A DNA stretch of 61,393 nt, filler included, from Globobulimina sp. (Eukaryota), in NCBI GenBank assembly GCA_003354225.1. It is 17 parts of 17 records of this genome, joined end to end, with 100 filler letters (N's around TTAATTAATTAA, not from the genome) between each part and the next. Parts side by side here need not be neighbours in the genome. Positions count along the whole stretch, not along the records: positions 32,566 to 36,082 come from PIVH01002603.1; positions 36,183 to 39,699 come from PIVH01002604.1; positions 39,800 to 43,315 come from PIVH01002605.1; positions 43,416 to 46,931 come from PIVH01002606.1; 13 more parts are not named here. One strand, 5' to 3'. Within the stretch, counting starts at the first letter, position 1. Each line of letters opens with the position of its first letter. The translations under genes were made by a program, and so were the position numbers. The notes under the pieces were generated by a model, which was given only the letters and a program-made list of their open reading frames with translations, did not search any database and was not told the origin of the DNA. This document shows, one piece after another, positions 35,231-45,279 of this stretch.

Positions 35231-35303
35231 CTTTTATATTATGTTACACAAAACATGTCCAGGCATGTATCATATGACGTCACTAAATTTTCGAATATAA
35301 ATA
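35231..35303. promoter_or_regulatory. Bidirectional promoter: TATA(-) / p53RE / CRE / TATA(+)
   Basis: TATAAAAG on minus 35238-31; AAACATGTCC-AGGCATGTAT 35251-70; TGACGTCA 35275-82; TATAAATA on plus 35296-303. Confidence 0.72.
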
Positions 35304-35328
35304 AAAATCGCAAGGGTGAATTAGTTTA

Positions 35329-35898
35329 ATGTTTCAAACAAAAGTATGTAAGTGTATGTATAAAATGGAATTATGTAATATTGTGATATGTGGGACGTTC
35401 GGTTGCCCCATTGACCTGAAAAGAGTTACACCATCGGACATAATCAGTGTCGAGAAAAAACAACGGTTTCCAGGCTTAATTGTACGTATTCACGATCCAA
35501 AGACAACAATTTTAACTTTTGGCAATGGCAAAATAGTATGCAATGGAATTAAGAATGTTGAAACAGCAAGAAAAGCTACACAATTGTTAGCTCAAAAACT
35601 GAATTTATTAGGGAACGCGATTAACATTGAAAAAACACTGGATAGCTTGGCAGTTGTTAATATGGTGGCGTCATGTACATTAGACTTTAAGATTAATTCC
35701 GAGCAATTGGCAATGGCCTATCATAGAGAGGCAGTGCTTGAGAAAGAATTATTTCCAGGACTTTGTTTTAAATTAGATGGTGCCACTTTTCTGATTTTTC
35801 ATTCTGGAAAAGTGATAGTTACAGGATTAAAAACATTTGAGTCGATTGAACGTATTTGGACTTGTATGTTTAAAATTTTATATAAGTTTAAAAAATAA
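35329..35898 (+). CDS. Element-encoded divergent TATA-box-binding protein
   Basis: Both TBP repeats are present: NIV...RFPGLIVRIHDPKTTILTFGNGKIVCNG and NMVASC...ELFPGLCF...FLIFHSGKVIVTG. Intronless. AATAAA overlaps the stop codon. Confidence 0.93.
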   Translation: MFQTKVCKCMYKMELCNIVICGTFGCPIDLKRVTPSDIISVEKKQRFPGLIVRIHDPKTTILTFGNGKIVCNGIKNVETARKATQLLAQKLNLLGNAINIEKTLDSLAVVNMVASCTLDFKINSEQLAMAYHREAVLEKELFPGLCFKLDGATFLIFHSGKVIVTGLKTFESIERIWTCMFKILYKFKK

Positions 35899-36182
35899 AC
35901 AGTCAGTGTCGTGATTAAAGTTTTCATACCATTTTTGTTATCGCTTGATGGAGCAATAAAACGTTCAATAACTTAATTCCATATAAACACACAAAACATA
36001 ATATCATCAAACTACAGTATGCTACCTAAATTACGTTGCTAAATGAGTTGCTGCACTCTGGAACACAAATAAATGTGTAATANNNNNNNNNNNNNNNNNN
36101 NNNNNNNNNNNNNNNNNNNNNNNNNNTTAATTAATTAANNNNNNNNNNNNNNNNNNNNNNNNNNNNNNNNNNNNNNNNNNNN

Positions 36183-36583
36183 GGAAATGACATGCAATCA
36201 TCCCACAGTGTAAGTGTATTATTTTCAGATTTGTACAATATTTTTGGATTTAATATTAAGAAGCTTTCATTATTTGTCATCCCCGACAAGTTCGTGTATG
36301 AACCGGTTAAATTCATTGCAATCATTCGCAAATCGATATTAATTTGAATTGCCGACATTGCTCTGCCAAAACCATTGCGATCACGGAATCTTTTCAATGC
36401 CAGTTTTAATTGTTTTGATTGAACCTTAAAATCATTGGATGATAATATTTCTTTTGATACTGGTCTTGATATGTCACGTAAACGTGGATGACCCAAGATA
36501 AGCACTGGTGGGATGTAAACAGTTGATTGCTTGTTTCGGATAAAATTAAGGGTTGAATCAATTAATTCGAGTACAACTGACAT
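36183..36583 (-). CDS. Peptide deformylase, divergent GFGRA/WDDCMS subtype, 3'-partial
   Basis: LGHPRLRDISRPV, motif 1 GFGRAMSAIQ, NPKI, motif 2 WDDCMSF. Truncated before HExxH. Confidence 0.85.
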
Positions 36584-36597
36584 TATCTTTACTGAGC

Positions 36598-38531
36598 ATG
36601 CAACATAATGTCGCACCTAGCTACTCAAATAACTCAATTCCAACTATTACTGAGAGAGTGAAGACTCTTCACATAAATGCAGGATATCAATCTCCAGTAC
36701 GACATTTACCAAAACATATATCTCCAACAGACGCTCAGGCGGATCAACCAAACCCTTTCTCAACAATTCAAACAAAGGCAGAGTTGCATAAAATAGCAAC
36801 AAAAGTTGATCCCATCTCACAAAAGAAAATAGCATACACTCCGTTAATTCAATTGTGTATATTATGGTGCAACATCTCCATATTTACTCTCTCGATTATA
36901 GCGGCTATTTATGGTTTGGTCAAGAAATCTGTGACAATGGATATTGCACTCACTACATCCATAATTATCTTATGTGCAATTTGCGGCTTAATATTGTCGT
37001 ATTCATATAAAGTGAATATAAAAACAATATTATCACTGAAAAACAAATTATTGCAATTTATAGCTCCACAAAACAGTGCAACACCGTCTGATGATAAAAA
37101 TAAGCAAAAAGAACCACAACAAATATCATTATTATCCAGTTTCCGCAGAGGTATTTTCCACAAACAATTAGCAATTTGTTCGAGCACAGAGCTTAAACAA
37201 TTATTACCGATCGTGTTTAGTGTAATTAATTTAATTTATTCTGACTATTTCGATCATGTACAGTTTGTAAACAGTTAATTATATGATATATACACAGAGC
37301 GCAGACATTATGCCAACTCCCTTTTGGTTTAACTGAATTCAGGTCGTCGTTGTTTGTGATGTTGGCTCAGAGAATCAGCAGCGATGCCAGCTTGGACCAA
37401 TCATGGCGTTTCTTCCTGAACTGCAACCGCGACATACCAGACATAATCCGCACGTGGGAGAGCCACGAATACTTAAAACCGGAAATGGAACACGAGCAGC
37501 ATGCACAGAGAATATGCACTGATTTGCAATTACAGGACACACAGATAATATATGCAGACGATGAAAAAACGAGTGTGGCCAAAGATTCTGTGACATTTTT
37601 CCGTTCACTCTTTACAGACTTAAACGAAATCGGTTCCAAGAAAACAATCGCTCCCAATAAGTTTATCTGTGACCCAATCAATGATAATATTTTAGTGGCA
37701 GTGGAATTGAAAGCAATCATGCCATCCAATGCGAAGCCATATTTGTTGGATATCTACACTTTGAGTTCCCGAGTCAGCAGCACTATGCTGCTCAAACAAG
37801 GCGATGATTTGAGGAAGGACTTAGGCTGTATGCTAATGTTCAAATTGATGAATGAAATCTGGCGAGAAAATGGCATAAAATATGCTGGACAAAGATGCGA
37901 AACCTTGGTGTATAATGTAGTTCCAATGGCTGTTGATTTTGGGGCAATTGAATTTGTTGCGAGTGCTACGAAAATAAAAGATATTGACAGTGTCATTTGG
38001 AATATTCAAGACAAGGATGTGTTGGATGTAACTATGGATCGGTTGGTCGCAACGGGCGCAGCCAGCTATGTGGCCAGCTATGTGTTAGGTGTTCGAGACC
38101 GCCATCATGATAATATATTGGTGTGTACTGACGGCAGTTTATTCAACATCGACTTTTCACATATTTTGGGTGATAAACTGGGCGGATTCAATATTGATGC
38201 GGCCACCATAGCAGTGCCAAAGATGTTTGTTAAAGTGCTGGGCAATGAGAACTGGATTCGATTTGTTGAAGTTGCAGTTTTATGCTTTAATATTCTGAAA
38301 ACAAATTACATCCATTTATTAGATTTTGCACGCATTGCATTTGCGTTTACCAAACGTACTGAAGAAAATGAAAGATTTTTAAAACAGAGTCTGATGATTG
38401 ATATGGAGCATGATGCCGCGTTGAAAAAAATAAAGTTATTGTTTGACAAAGCACCGTCTCGAGTCTCCACCAAATTAAAGAATGCTTTTCATACATTAGC
38501 TGTCAGAAAAAAATCACTTCTTGATAAATGA
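36598..38531 (+). CDS. PI3/PI4-kinase family protein with two N-terminal TM helices, 2 exons (intron ~37258-37342)
   Basis: MPSNAKP, KQGDDLRKD, GAIEFV, SYVLGVRDRHHDNIL, FNIDFSHILG. Confidence 0.88.
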
Positions 38532-38680
38532 CATCGAATTTGCCTCCATACCTTCAGCGATATATATCTTATATAAATTGTTTTGTTTTTTGTTGTGTGT
38601 GTGTTTGTCACTCAATTTTTGTGTTGTGTTTTAAATGAATTAATCTAAAGTTTTTTTTTTCTAAAAACGGGTACTTTCCA

Positions 38681-39697
38681 ATGCCAATTACAAACAAACA
38701 AGTTCATAGGATATTGATTTCCTTTTGTTGCTGTATGCTGACTTTCGTCATATTTGGCTCATTAATTTTCAGCTACGTGATTTCAAACGAATTAGCTCAA
38801 TGGGTAGAATTCAAGATTGAATTTGCAAACAAAGAAGTAACTGAAATATTAACACACATCGCAGTAAGCAATAACAAAACGCTGAGAAGGACAATTAACA
38901 GCACAAATAATAGTTACATAAACTCCGAGGAAGGATGCAGTATATTTCACAACAAAATTATTTTGTTGAACGGTGATTCTTTAATAAATCATGTTACACA
39001 GGTTCTTATTGAATATTTATCTGACGATCCACATAAATGTGATTTTCCGGTTACAAATATTGAGCCAGACTTGTGTGTGGGGAAAATAAAATGGGCGAAT
39101 TTGTGTGGTAAAAATCTGAGTCCTGAATGGAAAAAAAATGGTAAAACGTATCCCTGTACGACTCCAAATCAATTCCAGTCTGTTTGTTGTAACCATACAT
39201 ATATATATTATTTAAACGCACTAACAATTGATGCTTTGGATACAATTTGGCTGCCAATATTTGACACTATATGGAACAATCCGTTATTCGCAGAATATTC
39301 GATTATCAATGTATTGGGCACTACATTTCATACAAATTTCTGCAGAGCAGATCTTGACACATTTTGGACAAAGTGGATGGAAAAACAATTTGGAATGATT
39401 TCAAAATATCAGCATAATGACAGTCAAATTTATTGGCTTGGGTTCCATAGCCGACTCATGAATCTTATACCAAAACAATTCCATGAATGCCAAAGTAATC
39501 AACAAGTAAAAAACATTGAACTCTCTGTCAAACAAAATCGAACAACATAATATCTCAATGTATGATCCTTTCAACGTAACCATCGATCGCTATATGATCA
39601 GACGAAAGACGGTACGCATTTTGTATGTGATGTCGTTATTACTAAGATTCAACATATAATGCAAATGATTACAGAACATAACGATAAGATATTTTGA
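38681..39697 (+). pseudogene. Type II membrane SGNH/PC-esterase (TBL/Cas1-like) gene, frameshifted near the 3' end
   Basis: TM anchor and GDSL motif (IILLNGDSL). The catalytic DxxH (KDGTHF, ~39606-39623) is reached only through two frameshifts (~39535 and ~39595). Confidence 0.65.
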
Positions 39698-39799
39698 AAN
39701 NNNNNNNNNNNNNNNNNNNNNNNNNNNNNNNNNNNNNNNNNNNTTAATTAATTAANNNNNNNNNNNNNNNNNNNNNNNNNNNNNNNNNNNNNNNNNNNN

Positions 39800-40505
39800 C
39801 TAAAACCGAAAATAATTCGATCACAAAAAACACGAAAACAGTGCCCCAAATGGTAATCATTCCTAATTTGATATGTTTGGCAAATTCCCGCTCCATATCA
39901 TCCCGTTGATTGTCCATTGTCTTTTCTTTTCTCCATTGTTTCACCATTTTCTTCACACTCCGCTGTTTCAAATAAAATACAACCAACGCTACAATGGACA
40001 TGACACAATTGAAAATGTGATATATTGAGCTCCAAATCTCTGCGACATCGCCAAATTTGCGCCAACACCAACCAGTGCCGGGAACAGGCGAAAGCGGCAC
40101 AGAATCCATGACAATAATGGGAAACGTCAGATTTCCAATGGCAGTCACTACGATGATGCTAATTGTGGTTTTTAATGGGATTGAAAAGAAAGTGCCAGAA
40201 AATGTCAATGTGGACCGAAGCATCAAAAACGTAATCAACCATATCCTCGAAAGAGCGAATGGAGTGAAAAGTAATCCAAACCATGCATGACAATCAAGTG
40301 GGTTGTTTGCGAAATGTAAAAAGATGTAATTCCACAAATTGGTCAACATATAGAAGCAACTAATCAACATCATGCTCAATTGCGTGAATAAGAACAGCGC
40401 TAATTTCCAATTTGAATGTAATACACCTCTTTTTTGATAGACATGATATATTTGAATGATTATTAAAATGAAGGTTATGGCTAAACACAATGACTGAACA
40501 GTCAT
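39800..40505 (-). CDS. Multi-pass (GPCR-like 7TM) membrane protein, 3'-partial
   Basis: Six TM helices, Cys at the top of TM3 and in ECL2 (GWCW), basic ICL3. Confidence 0.65.
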
Positions 40506-40851
40506 TGTAGCGTTGCTGGTCGATTCCTTTCCATGTGCCTAGATATTAAATATTGTGTATGTACAATGATTTGAATGTGTGAGTCGACGAATTTTGTCTA
40601 TGAAAAGCAGTTGAAAACGGTGACAGTTAAATCAGCTACGAATCCCGACATATTAAACGGTGTATAGATGTAGTGTACAAACCCATTCATCCAAGATAAC
40701 TCCAAATAATGGCATTATGATTTACTAATTTTTTCCAATGAAGATGATGAAGATGATGCAGATGATGGATTAAAATAAATTGAGTTTTGAGATTTTGAGC
40801 TTTAATGCAGATCAAAAAAACCTCTCACTTTAGAAAAGTATTTGTTGAATA

Positions 40852-42438
40852 ATGTTAGCAAAACTGAGAATACAACGACACATTAAATGTTGCTTATCAT
40901 ATCAAACAATGTTATCAATTGTAACGCACACCGATGAGACCCATAGTAGCAAAATACCAAATCTTTTGTGGAAGGATCATTTAGAAACATTTGTGGATAA
41001 CGCTTCACTCAACAAAGGATTAAATAACATTGAAAGCACCACATTCATACAAAACACAACAAATAAAAACCTGGCCATTCACAAACTAATTTATGATGCG
41101 AGCTCATCCGAAAAAATTGTGGATATTCTCCGACAGAATACACACCAAATAACACATGGATCTGTTTATGGATTAGCAATGAATAAATGTTGCAAAAACT
41201 ACAAAGATTACGAAGCGATTCAAGTAATTATGGATACTCTGTTAACTCAAAAAACAACCCGCGTCGAAAAAATTGCATTTAACATTTTTTTTAATTATAT
41301 GAGTCATTGTGACTCACCGGCACTTTGCATAAAATATTTCGATTTCATGGTGAATCGATCGAAAGTAAAACCAGATTTATTTACATTTTCAGCTCTAATA
41401 AAAGGCTGCAGACATCAGGGCGACTGCGAATTGGCTGAGAAGTATTTTCGTTTAATGCGGAAAGTATATCATATAGAAGCGAATGAATTTATTTATAACG
41501 AAATGTTGTCTGTTTATTCAAAAGCACAAAATGTCTCACAAGCTATAAAATTATTCGATAAATATTTGAAAACATTTGTTGGCAAATATACTCTGATCAC
41601 TTTTAATGTATATTTAAGTGTCTTTGCATCTGTTGGAGACATTGGAGGCTTACATGATACTTTTAAATTGATGCAAAGTCATAACATGAATCCTGACATG
41701 ATAACGTTTACACACTTAATGAAGGGGTATAACACAGCGAAGAGACCGTTAAAAGCATTGCAAATATTTGACAAAATAACCACTGACTACCAATGGAAGG
41801 CATCGTCGGCTCAATTGTTTTATAAATGTGTTGCTTTGTGTATGATAATGCGGAAAGAGCGAGATTTTGAAAGTAAAAAAGAATTATATGTCGAAATTGA
41901 GCATGTAATTAAAAGGCAATTTGACGTGAAAAAGGGTAAACGACTGTTGATTGGAAGGGTTATCTTTGAAGCAGCGATACTTTTGTATCATGATGTTGAT
42001 CCAATGAAAATTATTCACATTTTCGAATCGTTTGTTGAGCAGAAAATGATTGGTTATATGAATAAAAATGATGGCGAATGGAAGATTGATTTGCATTGTT
42101 TTGTGCCGTTGCAAGCACAGTTTATATTGAGATATATTTTGGGATTTAAAATTAATGAGTTGGCAGATAAAGTGAGTATTATTACCGGTGTTGGTAAACA
42201 TGCCTCATCGAAGCGGCAAAGTGGAAAGTTACAACAGTTTGTTATTAACGAATTGATGGATTATAAACCACCAATCAAATGCACCATTGACCCAAATAAT
42301 TATGGTGTTTTGTTGTTGGATATCGCCGATTTGGAGCATTATAGAAACAATAAAATGAATTGTATTCGGGAAAAAATAATGTATCCGTCAAAAGATTGGG
42401 TTCTTAGTGATTTTGTTGCTTTGCCACCATTTAGTTGA
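40852..42438 (+). CDS. PPR-Smr protein
   Basis: 35-aa PPR repeats (PDLFTFSALIKGC, NEFIYNEMLSVY, PDMITFTHLMKGY) and a C-terminal Smr domain (IDLH...IITGVGKH...N.G). Confidence 0.88.
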   Translation: MLAKLRIQRHIKCCLSYQTMLSIVTHTDETHSSKIPNLLWKDHLETFVDNASLNKGLNNIESTTFIQNTTNKNLAIHKLIYDASSSEKIVDILRQNTHQITHGSVYGLAMNKCCKNYKDYEAIQVIMDTLLTQKTTRVEKIAFNIFFNYMSHCDSPALCIKYFDFMVNRSKVKPDLFTFSALIKGCRHQGDCELAEKYFRLMRKVYHIEANEFIYNEMLSVYSKAQNVSQAIKLFDKYLKTFVGKYTLITFNVYLSVFASVGDIGGLHDTFKLMQSHNMNPDMITFTHLMKGYNTAKRPLKALQIFDKITTDYQWKASSAQLFYKCVALCMIMRKERDFESKKELYVEIEHVIKRQFDVKKGKRLLIGRVIFEAAILLYHDVDPMKIIHIFESFVEQKMIGYMNKNDGEWKIDLHCFVPLQAQFILRYILGFKINELADKVSIITGVGKHASSKRQSGKLQQFVINELMDYKPPIKCTIDPNNYGVLLLDIADLEHYRNNKMNCIREKIMYPSKDWVLSDFVALPPFS

Positions 42439-42591
42439 CTTGTTTAAAGGTGTTTGTTTCTAGTATGTAGAGATTGCGCCTTCAACACTGGAGGGGGGGT
42501 TGGAAAAAGAGTATTAATAAAAAATCCTTTTTTAACCTCATAGTCAAAGGCAATCGTCCATTGTCATTATTTTTAACCCATCGCAATCAAA

Positions 42592-43111
42592 ATGGGCAAA
42601 AAAAAGAAGACCAAAACAGGCCAAGGCGCATTAAATAGTCGCTTAAAATTAGTTATTAAATCTGGAAAATACTGTGTTGGATGGAACCAAACAATAAAAG
42701 CCCTCAGAAATGTATGACAATTCATCATTATCCCGCACCAGCACATATTATTGCAATCATTTCTTATAATTGTGCCATTTTTATGTGTAAGGATGCGTCA
42801 GCAAACAATGGCAATGTTCTGATTTTTTGCCTAATTTTCCTACACAGAATAAATCAAAATTAATTTTAATGGCAAATAATACGCCGGGACTTCGGCGATC
42901 TCAACTTGAGTATTATTGTATGATGGGAAGAGTGCCGATCATCCATTATGACGGAAGTAACACTGATTTAGGGCGAGCGTGCGGCAAATTATTTGCTGGC
43001 TCAGTTATGTCTGTCCTGCAACCCGGCGATTCTGACATATTACAAGCAATCGAAGAGAAAAGGAAAAAAAAGAGAGCAAAGAAACAAATCCAATCTACCG
43101 CTGCAAAATAA
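42592..43111 (+). CDS. RPL30: 60S ribosomal protein L30 (eL30), 2 exons (intron 42712-42847)
   Basis: LNSRLKLVIKSGKYCVG...TIKALRN/NKSKLILMANNTPGLRRSQLEYY...DLGRACGKLF...PGDSDIL. Confidence 0.95.
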
Positions 43112-43415
43112 AATAACAGTCTCATTGTACGTAGATTATTTATGATAACTTATTAATAGTTATTATATCCTTGCACACAATCGTTATTATCTTAGGTTCT
43201 CAATTCTCAACCAAACGAAACAAAACATAAAAATTAAGAACACGCACTCTTTACAAAATACTGTACACACAAAAAATCACCCGCATTGCTTTCGGCTCCT
43301 GTGCCAAGCATTGGCNNNNNNNNNNNNNNNNNNNNNNNNNNNNNNNNNNNNNNNNNNNNTTAATTAATTAANNNNNNNNNNNNNNNNNNNNNNNNNNNNN
43401 NNNNNNNNNNNNNNN

Positions 43416-45186
43416 CAATAAAACTCGGTAATTCGGATTCATAATCCTCGTACAGTGACAGTTTTGGAATTACATTACATAGAATTATTTGCATTCCATC
43501 TGCGCCAACTACGATATCATTCAATAATGTTATTAATGTCTCAAATTTGCTCCAATTTTGTGACACTAACACAATGGATAAATCACGAACTATCTTTGTC
43601 TGCTTCTGTTCCATTATAAATTCATACACATGCAAAGCAATATGGATTTGATTGTCAAACAATGTGGCCATCTCACTGCTGCCTTTAAACGAATGTATAT
43701 GTTTTATTGTTTCCATTTTAGGTATTTTATTTAACAAATAATCAGCTATTTCATCATAATGTGAAATAAGTATGGTGTTATTCCTAGAGATTGAGGCACT
43801 GCTTAATTCTGTATGGAATTGTCTAACTAATTCAGGTGATACCAAATACATTTTAATCATTCCTTTGGTGTTGTCTGTATTCTGCTGAGTCACTTTAGTT
43901 GATTTTGATGCTGCTGCTAATGTGCTTTGTCGCTCTTTTATAATCAGCGTGAAATCGAAGTTATCGAACCATCGCTGTCCAGATGTTCCGTTTTTACTCA
44001 GTTTCTGTGTCACTAAAAACTGATCAACTTTAAATTCTCGACCTGTTTTAGTCTGAATTAAATCCAGTAATTCCTCCAATTTATCTGAATCCATTCCTAC
44101 TGATAAAATGTGAATATCACGGTAATAATTGTCATCCTTAAAAGTTCCAAACTTCCATTCATAAATATGTTCAGCAATAAAATACGGAACAATCTGTTCC
44201 ATCCCTTGGACAAAAATACTCTCTAAATCAGCAAGAAATATGCTGTCATCATTTTCATCTCTTTGTTCACATTGCTTCATTGCTGCGTCAAAGTGAGTGA
44301 TTGCATATAAATAATTACTACGGAACTCATTAAGCTCAATAAAAAAATCTTTGGGGATCATACCATCCTTTTCATATTTAGTATTCTTCATTGTTTGATG
44401 TATGATATCATGGTTTTTACGAAAGACAATAGATACTGAATACGAGTAAAACACTGTTATAAGATAACCAACATCGGGATCAGAAATATCTGTTTGTTTC
44501 AAACACAAAGTATCCGCACCATAGTGACCATACGTAAATGCGAGCTGAATCTTGTTCAAAAAGTGTTTTTGTGTTTGGGTTAAACGAATGTTATCTTTAA
44601 TCATTCTGATTAATGCATGGAACATTTGTTTGTATTTGTATGTTGAGCTAAATTGCGAGATAACATTTTTAAACCAATTATTCATTTGTTTTACAAAAAG
44701 AATAACATCGCTTTTGTGTGCACTTTCAATAAAGATTGTTAAAAATGAATGTAATTTCATTATGAATTGATGGCATTCGCCAATGTACGCCTTAATACGC
44801 GGATTTTTTGGTGATATCCATTTTAAATTATTAGTGAATGATTGATTGTTAAATCTAAAATTTTTTGTTATGATCAAATCTTTAAGATGATGAGTAATCA
44901 TTTCGTTCTGAAATTTGGTCAAAAATTCTGTATTGGAATGAGTTGGTAAGAAATACAATTTAATTGATGTATGATTGTGTGTTGGTGGTAAAAATTCATC
45001 AAAGATGCGTTTTGATTGTGTCTCATTTTGTTTCTGACGAACGCGTTTCCTGGAAATAATGCTTGGTGGCATACTATGCGGTCTATACCCTTGACGGAAA
45101 TTATCATTCGAAAATAAACTGAAACCAGTTGCATCTGCTTGATTGTAAAGAATGTAGCATATCACTAAGAGTCCAAAGCTTACCAT
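43416..45186 (-). CDS. Hypothetical secreted protein, 3'-partial
   Basis: About 590-codon open frame with signal peptide MVSFGLLVICYILYNQADA. No family recognised. Confidence 0.7.
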
Positions 45187-45279
45187 GTTGATCTTGAATA
45201 ATACTTCAGTAACAGAGTAACGTCACATTTACAGATCATCCTTTCGCTGACTTCTTCTTTCCCTAAATCCTAACTAACG

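Larger units (their letters stand above)
32566..36082 (+). mobile_element. Polinton/Maverick (adintovirus-type) element fragment
   Basis: Intronless, tightly packed ORFs in Polinton order: packaging ATPase C-terminus, small basic GGF-motif protein, conserved 268-aa protein, integrase N-terminus, plus accessory genes. Confidence 0.88.
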
